Below are positions 15,564 to 30,784 of a stretch of DNA of 64,000 nt, one piece after another. Made by a program: the position numbers and the translations under genes. How positions within the stretch are numbered: position 1 is the stretch's first letter; each line of letters starts with the position of its first letter. The notes beneath the pieces are model-generated. The model searched no databases. It saw nothing but the letters and a program-made list of their open reading frames with translations, and was not told the DNA's origin. The DNA is taken from the NCBI RefSeq assembly GCF_009914755.1, contig NC_060925.1. One strand, given 5' to 3'. This DNA comes from the human T2T-CHM13v2.0 reference genome, Homo sapiens.

Positions 15564-16139
15564 CTTTGTGGTTTTATCTACCTTTGGTCTTTGGTGATGG
15601 TGACGTACAGATGGGGTTTCGGTGTGGATGTCCTTTCTGTTTATTAGGTTTCCTTCTAACAGACAGGACCCTCAGCTGCAGGTCCGTTGGAGTTTGCCAG
15701 AGGTCCACTCCAGACCCTGTTTGCCTGGGTATCAGCAGCGGAGGCTGCAGAACAGTGAATATTGGTGAACAGCAAATGGTACTGCCTGATCGTTCCTCTG
15801 GAAGTTTTGTCTCAGAGGAGTACCCAGCCGTGTGAGGTGTCAGTCTGCCCCTACTGGTGGGGTGCCTCCCAGTTAGGCTACTCGGGGGTCGGGGACCCAC
15901 TTGAGGAGGCAGTCTGTCTGTTCTCAGATCTCAAGCTGCGTGGTGGGAGAACCACTACTCTCTTCAAAGCTGTCAGACAGGGACATTTACATCTGCAGAG
16001 GTTTCTGCTGCCTTTTGTTTGGCTATGCCCTTCCCCCAGAGGTGGAGTCTACCGAGGCAGGCTGGCCTCCTTGAGCTGCGGTGGGCTCCACCCAGTTAGA
16101 GCTTCCTGGCTGCTTTGTTTACCTACTCAAGCCTCAGCA

Positions 16140-16466
16140 ATGGCGGGCACCCCTCCCCCAGCCTTGCTGCCACCTTGCAGTTTGATCCCAGACTGCTGTG
16201 CTAGCAATGAGCGAGGCTCCATGGGCGTAATACCCTCTGAGCCATGTGCAGGATATAATCTCCTGGTGTGCCATTTGCTAAGACCGTCAGAAAAGCACAG
16301 TATTAGGGTGGGAGTGACCCGATTTTCCAGGTGCTGTCTGTCACCCCTTTCCTTGGCTAGGAAAGGGAATTCCCTAACCCCTTGCACTTCCCGGGTGAGG
16401 CGATGCCTCACCCTGCTTCGGCTCATGCTTGATGTGCTGCACCCACTGTCCGACAATCCCCAGTGA
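16140..16466 (+). CDS. ORF0: L1 antisense ORF0 homolog, open, 108 aa; expression unknown
   Basis: gcaATGG Kozak context at 16140; MAGTPPPALLPPCSLIPDCCASNERGSMGV...IRVGVTRFSRC matches primate L1 ORF0, and the C-terminus reads on to TGA at 16464-16466. Confidence 0.55.
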   Translation: MAGTPPPALLPPCSLIPDCCASNERGSMGVIPSEPCAGYNLLVCHLLRPSEKHSIRVGVTRFSRCCLSPLSLARKGNSLTPCTSRVRRCLTLLRLMLDVLHPLSDNPQ

Positions 16467-16834
16467 GATGAACCCAGTACCTCAGTTGGAAATGCAGAAA
16501 TCATTCGTCTTCTGCATTGCTCACGCTGGGAGCTGTAGACTTGAGCTGTTCCTATTCGGCTATCTTGGCTAGCTCCCTATTCAATTTTTTTTAAAGTATG
16601 TGTATATGTTTATATTACACACACATACTCAACACTTATTGTGTGCCTGCCTCTGCACCCTGAAGCAATGAATGAATGATGTTTTCCGCTTTCTATGAGC
16701 TCAGAGCTAAGCAGAGGAAATAAACTGTAAACCTAAGCAAGACCCTGCCCAATGTTATGGACTGAAGCAAAATAATAGAGGAATATATGAGGTATGTAAA
16801 GTAAGATATTGGGAGAAAGTATTCAATTAAGAGA

Positions 16835-16871
16835 AGCTCACAGAGAGCTCACAGATAGCTCACAGTGAGCT
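16835..16871. repeat. 11-bp tandem repeat (agctcacagNN, about 3.4 copies)
   Basis: agctcacagag agctcacagat agctcacagtg agct. Confidence 0.85.
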
Positions 16872-17385
16872 AAGCTGGGCAGCCCTATAACCCCAGGATA
16901 CAATTCCAGGCATGTAGCAGGCATTCAATACCTTTTTTCTAAACAGAATCACATTGATTAAACTGAAAATTTCAGAAGGATAAAGAAGAGTTTTCAAGGT
17001 AGGTAAGGATCAGGAAAATCTTCCAAGCCAACAAAATTTAAAAAATCACAGAAGTATGAAACACTATGGTAGGCTGAGGACCTCAGGAAGCTTAGTATGA
17101 TGATGGCATTAATTTGGAGAGGAACATGACATGAGATGTGGCTGGAGAGTTTATACATCTTCAATGGATTTTTTTCTCTGCTGGGCAGTGGGGAGGCCTG
17201 AAGGAGCCTAAATAGAAGAGCACAGAATCAGATTTGTAGGATGTGTAGTTGGCAGATAAGACCTAGCAAAAGAGGTGGAAGGAGATGAATGTGCTGAATG
17301 AGACCACTCCATGCCAATCCAGGGCAAGGAGCAGGATCAGAGTAGGGTTGCAAGGGGCAGAAATGCAGGCCATGCAGTGGACTAG

Positions 17386-17750
<365 letters not shown>

Positions 17751-17827
17751 TGCTCTTTATTTCTTTAGGACTGCTCTTTATTTCTTTTTTCAGTTATTTA
17801 AATTTATATCCCACTTTCTAAATTTGA

Positions 17828-18123
<296 letters not shown>

Positions 18124-19188
18124 GAGATGGTTTTCAATAGAAGAAATATGTATAATGAATTTATTAAAATAGAAATAGATTATTTTAAAAAAATAGAGAA
18201 AGAAATCAATAGTTTAAAACCATACACTAAGCCAGTATCACTACTATTAACGAGCATTAAGTTTGGTTTAAGCTTTTAAGCTGCCAAAGAAAAAAACATA
18301 TAGCACAGAGTTATTTAGTCCTCATTATTTTTTGAGAGAGACAACTTTTTTCCTGGTACTAAATTCTGTAAGGAATTTCCAAAGTTTGGCCCTATTAAAG
18401 GTGCTAACATCAACACTCTATCCCCATCGTTTCATTCTGAGCTGTCCTCGAATGTCTCCTCTGAGATTTCTTGCCTGGCTGCCATTTCTACAACAGCACT
18501 CATTCTCAAGAGCTCAAGGAAATGTGAGCCCTGATTCCACACTTCCCTGTACCCACTTTCTCTGGATTACCTTTTAAGATGATATGCTCAGTTCTAGTCA
18601 GAAACGGGTATAAGCAATAGCACACGGAGAATCTTTCCACATTTTTGGAAAAACTGATGTTGAAGACATTGTCCATTGTTTAGCAAATACTGAAGACCCA
18701 CACTGAGCAGAATACTGTTTCAAGAAAAGATCATACAGCAGGGATCGCAATAGATAAAGTTCTGGCCCTTGTAATCCTATATTTTTGTGGGAGGACAGGC
18801 AATATGTAAATAAATATATGAGGCAGTGTTAGGTGCTGGGAAGAAAAATAAAGCAGGGTAAAGGGTCCTCTTTCAGATGGCGTGCTCAGGACGCCTCCTT
18901 TCCATAGCTCAACTTTCATCTCACACCTTTTTATCTGGCTACATCACCTTTTCCTTAGCAACAGAACAGAGAACAAACATTACAGAACCAAATACCTTCA
19001 CCAAGTTGACCACTAAGGATGGCAGGAAAATGTTCTGCTACTATTTGAGGCCAGAGGCTTATGCCAAATTGTTCATCACAAAAATAAGTCTGCTCAGCCA
19101 GGTCATTTCAATGGTAAATCTAATTCGAAATTAAGCTACTGAATCCAAGGTCTTTCTGAATTCCCTTGCAGGGTTCCAGAATAATATA

Positions 19189-19928
<740 letters not shown>

Positions 19929-19949
19929 ATGGACACCACACAAGAAAAG

Positions 19950-20340
19950 AGGCAGTAGAGCATATGGTTACAAAGCTGGGCTCTGGAGTCTGACTGCCTG
20001 GGTCTATATCCTGACCCCAAGAATTCCTCTCTGGGTGATCTTGGGCAAGTTATTTTACCTCTCTGAGAGTGATCTCCTTGTCTGCAAAGTGAGAATAATA
20101 ATAGTAAATATCTTGCAGTGTTTTGTGAGGATTAAACTACTTAGCACATGTGTGACAATGAGAACATGTCTGACACATAATGCTCAGTAATGTTTATTAT
20201 TATTATAACTCCAATTTACATATGAGGTTACTGAGGCTTTGAGAGGCTAAGTAAGTTGCCCAAATACATACAGGGAGTGGGTTGCCGATTCAGAATTTGA
20301 ACCTAGGCTTCTCTGACTCTGTACTCATGCTCCTTCTGTT
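19950..20340. mobile_element. Two MIRs in opposite orientation (+ ~19950-20200; - ~20200-20340)
   Basis: ctctggagtctgactgcctgggt...gtgaggattaaa, then gaggttactgaggc...ttgcccaa...tttgaacctagg. Confidence 0.7.
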
Positions 20341-21084
20341 ATGACTGTCTCTGTCACCATGAATACAAATTAAAATGATGTTACCTAGAAGAGATCTAGC
20401 TCCAAATAACAACAGAAAAACAGGAGTCCTCACAAAAACTGGGATCCTCCATTACAGTGGTGTGTTGCTTAATTAGCCATACTGTATTTATCAAATGCTA
20501 CTGTGTCCAAGGTCTTTCACTGAATAAACAGTGGTAACTCAAAGCAAATAGGATTTCTCTTTGTCTGATTTTTCACTTCACTCCTTCAGTTGTTTATTTG
20601 TATAATATTTACTGAACTTTGGGGGATTCACAGAAATAGTGAAAATAATGCTGCTCTCAGTCTCAAGGAGGAAAGGACAGAAAACATACAAAGGGCAAAT
20701 CTGTAGAGAATATGATCTGATGCTCAGGACAGTGGACCCAGTCACAAAAGAACTGGACTGAGACGTAAGATTTGGTTGATCCAGGGTGGGACTAGTCACA
20801 CAGAGTTGGCCTAGGCCCTGCAGAAAGTAACTGACATAAATTAGCCAGGGGTTCTCTAAAGCAAAGATTTCAAATTTTAGATCTAGAGGATAAAGTTATC
20901 CTGAATAACATTACCTCTCCTAAGACATTACAAATTCAGTGAAATTCAGTGAATATTACAAAAATCAGTAAGTTTTTATGCGATGGCTCTGTGTTTGTTG
21001 AATTTTTAAAAATCCATTTGTGTTTTCATAGAAACCTGAATTTTACACCCCCATGCTAAAGAATTTCCCCTTTGGTTCAACAAA

Positions 21085-21510
21085 TGTATCAGTCAGGGTT
21101 CAGTCAAAAGATGGAAACCACAAAAATATTATTTTAACAGAGTAAATATAATATAAAGAATAGTTAGCTAGATATAGTTAACTAAGTAACTAAAAATATA
21201 ATAAGAAAACTCTGCCATTTCATGGAGGTAGCACCAGCAGGAAGCAGCTCTAAGGAGAGGGTGCTGGCCCATGCTGGTGTCTGTCTGGGGGGCACAATGA
21301 TGCTGGTTCTGCAAGGGCTGGAGACATTGCAGACCTGACTCAGCTGCTGATGCAGGAAGGCAAAGAAGCATTGCTAGAGTGATGCTCACAGGAACGGGAG
21401 GTAGACCAGAAGCCAAAAAGAAGCATGTCTCTTCTTTCTCCTCCAGTCTTGCAGCCTCATTCTAGCACTTCCTTTGGCAGAGCCTAACATGGAACCAACT
21501 GGCAATACAA
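21085..21510 (-). mobile_element. Ancient ERV LTR (LTR78/LTR79-like)
   Basis: tgtatcagtcagggttcagtc...gaaaccac...ttttaacagag at one end and ttggcagagcctaac...ctggcaa at the other. Confidence 0.5.
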
Positions 21511-21645
21511 ATATAAATACAACACAAGAATGAATGTGGCATCTTCTCTCATCTTCAGCATAAAAGGAATGACAGACATGTAAACCAGAAAGCACAATAC
21601 GTATATATCATACCAGAAGATTGTACAGATGTGAGGGCAGCACTA

Positions 21646-21969
<324 letters not shown>

Positions 21970-21999
21970 ATTCTTCTTACTTACAGTAGCAGCTTGGAA

Positions 22000-22680
22000 A
22001 GACTTCATAGAAAACTCTTGAGCTAAGTCTTCAAAGACAAGCTTTGTTGGTCAGGTAGACACAGTCACCAAGAACATTCCAGACAGAAAGAGCAGCCTGA
22101 ACAAAGATATGAAGAAGGAAGAAGTGGGATGTGTCCAGAGATCATGAAAATAATTTGGCCCGATTGGACTGTGGGGCATAGAAAATGGATGATGTGGAAA
22201 GAGGTAAGGTTCGTGAGGTAGGCTAGGGCCAGATCGTGAATACTCTTCCATGCCAGCTGAATGGTGGGAACCCTATCCTAGAAGCAGTGAAAGATTTGTT
22301 AGCGGGGTACCATGAACAGAATTGTGTTTTTGAGGGATAACTCCTGGTTTGTGATGGAGAATCATTGCAGGAGAGCAAGGGAGGCCAGTTGGGAGACTGT
22401 TATGCTATTCCAGTTGAGCAATGGTTAGGGTTTGACCAGGGGCAGCAGCAGTGGAGATGGATGGAAGAGGCAGACTGCGGAAATGCTAAGGGAGTAGACA
22501 TGAGACAAGCAGGGATCAGGGTGGGCAGCAGAGACAGGAGTCTGGGTTTGGGGCTTAGGTCGTGGGATGGATGGTGATGCCATTCTCCAAGAAGGAAGGT
22601 TGGCAGAGGCTGGTCTGTAGGTGAAGGAAGAAATAAAAAGGATAAGATCATGACTTAAGCTTTGTACACTGGGCTTGAAC
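22000..22680 (-). mobile_element. L2 LINE fragments
   Basis: gaacattccagacaga...gggccagatcgtga...gaggccagttgggagactgtt are typical antisense L2 motifs. Confidence 0.6.
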
Positions 22681-23822
22681 TTTCCAAGGGCTGAGAAGAT
22701 TTTACCTTAAAAGGAGTTGAGTTGATACTGATCTCATCTTTAATAGGACTCGACAGTCCAGATGACATCAACTACTGCCTTCCTAAAAAGGTGTTGCTCA
22801 TTAAGGAGATAGAAACCATTCAGCAATTCCAGGAAAGATCTCTGCAATCTTTAACACTTCCAGAAGATATAGTCATCATTTCCACATTATCATTCTTTCC
22901 CTCTGTCCGCTTGATAATGTTGAGGCCTGTGTTGGCAATAGGACAGATGACAACAAAGATTGACATGTGAATGGCTTTGTCCTGGGGCTTAATGTCTAAT
23001 TCCTCAACATGATTTCTGATCTAAAATATCCTCCTAAGATGTCCAGAAAATTAAAAAAATATATTTTCTATTGTGCCTGAAGTGAATTCAAATCTCAGAT
23101 AATGATGTTACTGCTATTCTTAAGTTCTCAGGAATGACTGCTGCCACATTTTAGTCAACTAAGGGCTACTGTCATAGTCAGAGCTACTTTTTCTTTCTTT
23201 CCTATCTCTTGCATTGAGGTAGCAAGTATAATTATAGAAGTCATAGAAAGCCAACACAATAGAATTGTTCTTGTTAAGTATTTTTAGAAGGCCTCCTTAA
23301 CATTTTGTCTTCTTTTTGTTCATTGAACTTATCTTCCCTTACATAAAATATAGTTGTTTAAAAGGAAGAAATGAAGGAACAATTTGTGAATATGCAGGGA
23401 GTCCATAGATGTCCCAGAATCCACAGGGCACCATCTCTCCTGTCTTTTCCCTCTATCTCTCTGACTTCCTTTTGCACACATTCTCACCCACCCAACCTTT
23501 TAGCACTATCTCTGTAAAGTCTAGCTCAAAACCATAGCCTTTCTCCTTCCCCAGATACCCAAGCCCAGAGCAATCCTCTGAGCTCCTGCAACATCAGGAC
23601 TATAACTCCATTAGCCTTTAATTGCCAATATTGAGTATGAAATATCATCTTTCTATGTGCATATCTGTCTCCCTAATAGATTATAAGTCTCTGGAGTGCA
23701 GAGATCCTCTCATTTGCCTCTTTACACACTTTGTGCATATAGTAACTGGCCTTTGATTAATTACTTCCATGATAAGCTTGACCCTTGTTCTCCCCGGCTA
23801 AGCCCTAGAGGTCACCAGATAC

Positions 23823-24107
23823 TTACTTTGTGGCTAATCTCTGGCCTTCCTGCTGTTTACAACCAGGCTTCCTTCTAGCTCTAGAGGATCTTACACAGTA
23901 CAGAGTCACTGAATAAGCTACTTTCTTTCTTAATCACCTCATTCATTTCATTTATTCTTCCTTGTATTTACTTTGTGGCTAATCTCTGGCCTTCCGGCTG
24001 CTTACATCCAGGCCTCCTTCTAGCTCTAGAGGATCTTACCATAGTACAGAGTCACTGAATAAGCTACTTCCTTTCTTAATCACCCTGTTCATCTCATTTA
24101 TTTCTCC
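23823..24107. repeat. ~145-bp direct tandem duplication (about 90% identity)
   Basis: ttactttgtggctaatctctggccttcc...gtacagagtcactgaataagctact...catttatt begins at 23823 and again at 23968. Confidence 0.95.
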
Positions 24108-25094
24108 CCACAGATGAGCCACTCTTTCTAATTTGTATCATATTTATTAACTCTCTATCTTCCAGTAACACAACACACACATCTTGAGGCTACACAAAGT
24201 CTTGCTAAATGGGATACACTACTACTCTCAGAAGGAAATCAACCACCATAAAAGTTAATGTGCTCACCCCATAAAGAAAAATCTTCCTGACACACAATGG
24301 TAGCTTGAAAATTGGTGTATTCATTTTATGACCTCCTTTATTAGCCAGAATGATGCCTTGTTTGATTTCTAAAATTTGTTTAGGATCATTAGCAATGGGC
24401 TCCTGGGTGTCACTGACAACTTATACATTAGCCTTGCACACAAGTCCTAGAAATGAGACCAAGGAAACCGCAGTTTTTATTCCTTCTAGGGTATAATTTT
24501 TTCTTTCTCCAACCAGTACCTGAATATTTCTCAAATAATTTATATTTTCAGATTTTACAAACATCTCAGCAAGACTATATTAGTTTATTGACCCCATTTT
24601 GCAAAAGGGAAGGCAGTTACCAATAGTAGGAGGCTTTTTGGGGCCACGATGGTTTCTTAGATGAGTCAGTATCAGACGTGAGCTCTAATATGACCCTATC
24701 TAATTTCTTTTCTCTATTAGGTAGTTTCCTCTGTCCTAAAAAAAAAAAGTAGGAAGAGAAGTATACTAGCTTGCCCCTCTTGTGTGCCTCTGGCTGTCAG
24801 AAATAGAATTTGAAAGAGTAGATGAGAAAATGTGAGAAAACCCGTTTACTGATAACTGTTCCTATCTTCTCAGGTTTTTTATCTCTGGCCACAAAGAGTG
24901 ATTGGGAGAAAACATACTCCAAATAAGTTTTTCTTTCAACTCCTCCTTAACTCTCAAGGCAGTAATTGCCACCCCCTGCCCTCCCTCCCCGGCATCACCA
25001 CTCTGCTAATACAAACGTGATATTTTACCTTTGCTTCTAGCTTTGGTTCTTTTTAGCAATAATATGTCTTGAGTGGAATGAGATTTTTTCTTCC

Positions 25095-25696
<602 letters not shown>

Positions 25697-25816
25697 TGAT
25701 ATTTTAATTGAGCATTTCCTATGTGCCAAATAATGTGGTCAGAGCTTATTTTCTAATAAGGGAGTAAAATTTGCATTGTTAACTATGCTAGTAATACCTT
25801 CTGGGCTACAACAACA

Positions 25817-26290
25817 TTGTTATCAGTTTCTAGCTACTTAATGATGAGGTCAGATTTGATAAGTTCAGGAGTTGTTTGAACTTCAGAGAAGGTTGATCCA
25901 GTGGCTCAATGTTGTCCGCAATGAGCAGATTTTTCTGCCTTTCATCCTAAGGCTGTCATCCCCATCGTGTCAATGTGGCTGAACTGCTTCAAGCTTTACA
26001 TCCACAAAGCAAACCATCCAGGAGAGATATTTTTCTTGTCAACCATTTCAGAAAAGGCCACATAGCCATCGCTAAATCAATGACCATGGCTAGGCAGTGG
26101 GGGGTGTTGATCAGCTGAAGCAAATGAGAGCCCATCTCTAGAACTTTGGGTGAGAAGAGCTTCTTCCCAGATATATAACATAAGGCAGGAGGGAAAGGTG
26201 AACACTTGAACAATAATGTAGGATACTACTTGGAAGAGATGGGGAGAGGGGTTAAAAACATCTAGGTAGGCAACCAACAGACCAAACGTC
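25817..26290 (-). mobile_element. Old MLT1 (J/K/L-like) LTR
   Basis: ttgatccagtggctcaa...ttcatcctaaggct...cacatagccatcgctaaatcaat motifs. Confidence 0.45.
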
Positions 26291-26477
26291 TCCAATACAC
26301 ATCCCTATTTTATCATATCCCAGGCCCCAGGCCAGGCCTTATCACATCATCCTTGGGTTACCTGAGAATTTTCCAGCTGAATTCACAAATGCCTCTTCTC
26401 TATTTGGTCTGTATTCATTTACCTAGGAATTTCCACACTTCTCTCTGATAAGTTACCTACTTTTCATCTTTACTTCC

Positions 26478-26844
26478 TGTATTAGTCTGTTCTCATGCTG
26501 TTAAGAAAGACATACACGAGACTGGGTAATTTAGAAAGGAAAGAGGTTTAATGGACTCACAGTTCCACATGACTGGGGAAGCCTCACAATCATGGCAGAA
26601 GGCAAAAGAGAAGTGAAGGCATGTCTTAAACTTACATGGCGGCAGGCAAGAGAGCATGTGCAGGGGAACTCCCCTTTATAAAATCATCAGATCTTGTGGC
26701 ATTTATTCACTATCATGAGACCAGCATGGGAAAGGCCCGCCCCCATGATGCAATTACCCACCAGGTCCCTCCCATGACACGTGGGAATTTTGGGAGCTAC
26801 AGTTAAAGATGAGATTTGGGTGGGGACACAGCCAAACCATATCA
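26478..26844 (-). mobile_element. THE1 (C-like) MaLR solo LTR
   Basis: tgtattagtctgttctcatgctg ... gatgagatttgggtggggacacagccaaaccatatca; 5-bp flanks cttcc / ctttc. Confidence 0.92.
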
Positions 26845-28809
26845 CTTTCTTTTCTTTGACATGTCCTGGGATTCTGTTTGCCTTCCAGTCCTCTTTGCAG
26901 TAGAGATTAGACCTTCCCTCCCCTACTGGTAGGATTATTCCTCAATCTCCTTTTTCTGCTTTTTATTTTTTTTTTTTTGCAAGCTTTCCCCAGCCACCTG
27001 TTATTTCCACCTTCCCTATGGTACTCCCCAAACACACCCTTCCATTCCTACTCATCCATCAAGAGAAAATGCATGTGATGAAGTCCCATGTTCACATCCC
27101 ACAACACAGATAGATGGCACCAACAGTAGATGCTCCATATTGTATAGGCGAATGTAAATTGACTTGTGTTTATGCTTCCAAAATGGATATGGTATGTTTC
27201 TTTCACTTTATCCCCTTTACACTTACAATTTGACCAGCACTGGCTCAAAACTTTATTTCAACAAGTAAGCAAATCACCAAGAACTCCAGTGCCTAAATCT
27301 TGAATTTAGCAGCTCAAACCAGAACCACCAATCTCATAGTAAAACCTAGTCCCATGAGAATCTAATGCAACTTGGGATATGAAAATTATCTTAGTATTCA
27401 AATAGCCTCCAGGAGTTGAGATGCTTATCTGATTCTCAAGATTGGAAGTTTCCCCCCTTAGGATCTCAGGATTTGATGATCAGATGTAAAAATCTCTGGT
27501 AATTTTGGAACATATTTTGGGCATTTTTTTCAAAACCCGTTATTATTATTATTATCTAGGATATGCTCCATCCAGATACTCCTCTGGTTTTGGGTCACTT
27601 CAGCCAGTGAGTTTTTCCTAAGAACTCTTCCCCATCATTCCAAAGCAGCTCTCAGAAAAATCTCTTTTAGAAACGTAGTTAGAAATGATAGGAGCCATCA
27701 TAAAGAACAGATGGTTACTTTTTGTGAGAAATAAATGCTTTTAAAACTTCTATTCACAGCATTAACTAAGGAAACTTGTCCAGCCCCTAAGAGTTGCTGA
27801 GACTCCTTTCAGTTGGTTCTTTGCTAACATTGATATAAGAGATTTGAGTTCATTGTAAAAAAAAGGTCTTTGTAAACCCATTAAAACAATATTGTCAAAC
27901 AGGGGCTTAGATGCATACATAGCTGGCTAGATGGATGGATGGAAATGCAAAAAAGCAAATAAACTAAAATATGAATGTTAAAATGTAGATGGTATGTTTA
28001 TGGGTATTCACTGTCTAATTTTTAAATTTTTTCTATGTTTGAAGATTTTCAAAATAAAATGTTGGGGAGCAAAAGAATCTTGAAGAAAAAAGAGATGGAC
28101 CAGTTGAGGGAGAGGTGGTACACTGACACACCTTTGGAAGAAGCCTACAGACAATAGGGAGAAGTCCATATAAGCATGGCATTACGGGGTGAAGACTGGA
28201 AGCTCTAATTGGGCAAAACAAGAGAAGAATAGACATAATAGTTCCTGTGAGAAACTGTCAGAAGTACAGCTAGTGGCATATAAATGCCTTTTATCACTGT
28301 TCCTCCCATTACAATCAAAATCCTATTAACAGTCTGTCAGGAGGGAAGAGAAAGTCTGAACCCTGTGCCAAGCACTTTGCCTGGATTATCCCCTTCACTT
28401 TTTGCAGGAAGAATGTGTATTTATTTATACTGTGCATTTATTTGCTTGTTGCATTCACAGCATTGCTTACCCCTTTTCCAGCTAGAATCACACTAGTTCT
28501 CCTAGGGAGACTCACCCACCATCACTGAATATAGACTTGATGCCCTATCCTACCTGATAAAAGGTGTGGACAAATAACCCGAGTGAACGAGGTCAAGTAG
28601 GCACTCTCTCCAGGAAATTCTAATCGTGAACACAGTTGGTAATGAATTGAAAATTGTGGAGTTGACAACATAGAGACCTCAAAGAATGTTTTCATTAGTG
28701 CCTGCTATCTGGATCCTTTGGAACTCTCTGAATTCCTGTAATTTTGATTGGGCAGTGTTGCTTCTGTTACTTACAAACAAAACTCTTAACTGAAGGAGGG
28801 AATGTAGCT

Positions 28810-29165
28810 CCCATTTAAGAAATCAAGAAACCCAAGCTCAGAGGAATTAAGTGTCTTGGCTCATGTCAACATCTGATGTTTGTACCTGAGTCCCTCTGGA
28901 CTACAAAGTCCATCTTTTATACTGACTCTACTATGCTTCCTCTAACTCTATAGACTGGGTTTAATTCCTGCCTCTGGCACTTACTAGCTGGATAAGTTTG
29001 GGTAAGCTGTGTGCCAGTTTTAAATTTTAAATTTTTTGATCTGTAAAATGGAGTAAAAATAGTCATGTATCTCACAGAGCTATGGAGAGGATAAAATAAG
29101 CTAATTTATGGGTGGTGTTTGGGCATGTGTCTGGCACATAAGTGCTCAATAAATGTCAGCTGTGA
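28810..29165. mobile_element. Two MIR fragments (- then +)
   Basis: gaaacccaagctcagag..., then ctgggtttaattcctgcctctggcacttactagctg...ctgtaaaatgg...tgctcaataaatg. Confidence 0.65.
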
Positions 29166-29172
29166 TGATGAT

Positions 29173-29608
29173 GATATCAGTCAGGGTTCTGGCAAGAAAA
29201 AAAGAAGTGTTTGAGGAGAGTTTAATGTAAGGCTAATTAGAAAAGCGAGGAGAGGGTGAAGGAGATGAACAAGGGATGGGTGAAGGACCCCAGGGCTAGA
29301 AAGAGCAGCAAGCTGTGGACAAGGGCTGCCCAACAAGGCTGGCATCTCTACTTGTATTTCTAAATTAGTGGCCATGGCAGACACAGCCAACAGTGATTCA
29401 GCAAAGTGGGAGCCAGGCAAATAAATACCCTGTTTGTGCCCTCTCAGTTCACCCTCTATTTTCCTGCCAGGGCCTTGAATTGGCCAAACCTAACCATAAG
29501 CTAAAGACAAAGAAGTCTGGTTGATGCAGTCCATGCAAGTCAATGTCTAAGGACAAAAGCAGGCTGCAGAAAGGTAGATATTCAACCTGGAGATACTTCA
29601 CCACAGCA
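29173..29608 (-). mobile_element. LTR33-like ERVL LTR (3' LTR of proviral remnant)
   Basis: tatcagtcagggtt...tttgaggagagtttaat...aaataaataccc...ttggccaaacc...ttgatgcagtcca. Confidence 0.65.
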
Positions 29609-30784
29609 TACTCTTAGCTAAGTGAAAAACATGTGTCCCTGACACAGGTCACCTCCATCCCATGCTCTCCCAGCCCCTCTGCAGGATGGGGTTCTTTATT
29701 TGCAGGAAAGTTTTGAAACAATTTGAGGGTTCAAAGTTCTTAGTCTTGTCTGTGTTCCCCTAAATGTTCCCATCCTATGTCTCAAATTTTGGCTCTTTTC
29801 TCTGCTCCATAACAAAACAGATGTTGATGCAGTTCTCAGATGCTGGGCTGGTCCTCACTCATATCTTTTTCAAGGTGGTTGGTAAGCAGCTCTTTTAAAG
29901 CTGCCATTAAAGTTTTCTGATATTATACTTGTGCCCTGAATGGACCTACAAAGCTTTTAATTTTTCCTTTCATCTGTGTACATTATCTAGGACTCACAGA
30001 AACACCAGTCACACCACAATCTTGATAATTACCATCGTCACCGTAGCAACTAAGGACCCTAGCTAATTGATCTTTCAACACCTTGCCCTCTACTTGCATT
30101 GCATCCCAATCTCTGCTACTAGGAATGATTTGAGTAACATAGCGTGGATTATCCATATCCCATTTTCTTCTGTTAAGAAGCCTCCTTGTTCTCATCAAAT
30201 ATGTTAGCAACTTGTATCAGTTTTCTATTGCTGCTGTAACAAATTACTACAAATTTATTGGATCAAAACAACTCACATTTATTATCCTTCAGCTGTGCAG
30301 GTTAAAAGTCTGGATACAGGTCCCACTGGGCTAAAATCAAGGTATCAAAAAGACTGCATTCTTTCTAGAGACCCTAGGGGATAATCCGTTTTGTTGACTT
30401 TCCCATCTTTAGAGGCTGCCTGTATTCTGTGGCTCATGGCCTTCCATCTTCAAAGTCAGTAATGGCTGTTCAGTCTTTCCTACATCACGTCACTCTGACA
30501 CTGACTCTCCTGCCTGCCTCTTCCACTTTTAAGGACCCTTTTGATTGCATTGGGTAATCAAAACCTGGTTAACCAAGATAATCTCTATATTTAGGTCAGC
30601 TGATTAGCAACCTTAATGCTATCTGCAAACTTAATTCCCCTTTGTCATGTGACATAATCTATTCACAGGCTCCAGGGATTAGGACACAGGCATCTTTTGA
30701 AGGCCATTATTCTGCCTACCACACAATACCATCCCAATACCATTTTAAGAGTCTGTTTCCTGAGGCCATTTCTAAAGGTACTAC
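29609..30784 (-). mobile_element. ERVL-class internal remnant with gag-like N-terminus, interrupted by MLT1D
   Basis: Minus-strand translation KWDMDNP...DWDAMQVEGKVL...YGDDGNYQDCGV resembles ERVL gag; PBS-like segment adjoins the LTR at ~30760-30784. Confidence 0.55.
30213..30723 (-). mobile_element. MLT1D MaLR LTR
   Basis: tgtatcagttttctattgctgctgtaacaaattac ... aggtcagctgattagcaaccttaat ... gccattattctgcctaccaca. Confidence 0.88.

Noticed and set aside
16835-16871. CRISPR-like array
   Set aside because: This is a simple 11-bp tandem repeat with no spacers, in primate DNA with no cas genes.
23876-23892. Vector polylinker contamination (ctctagaggatc)
   Set aside because: It is only a 12-bp resemblance, occurs in both copies of a diverged genomic duplication, and no other vector sequence is present.
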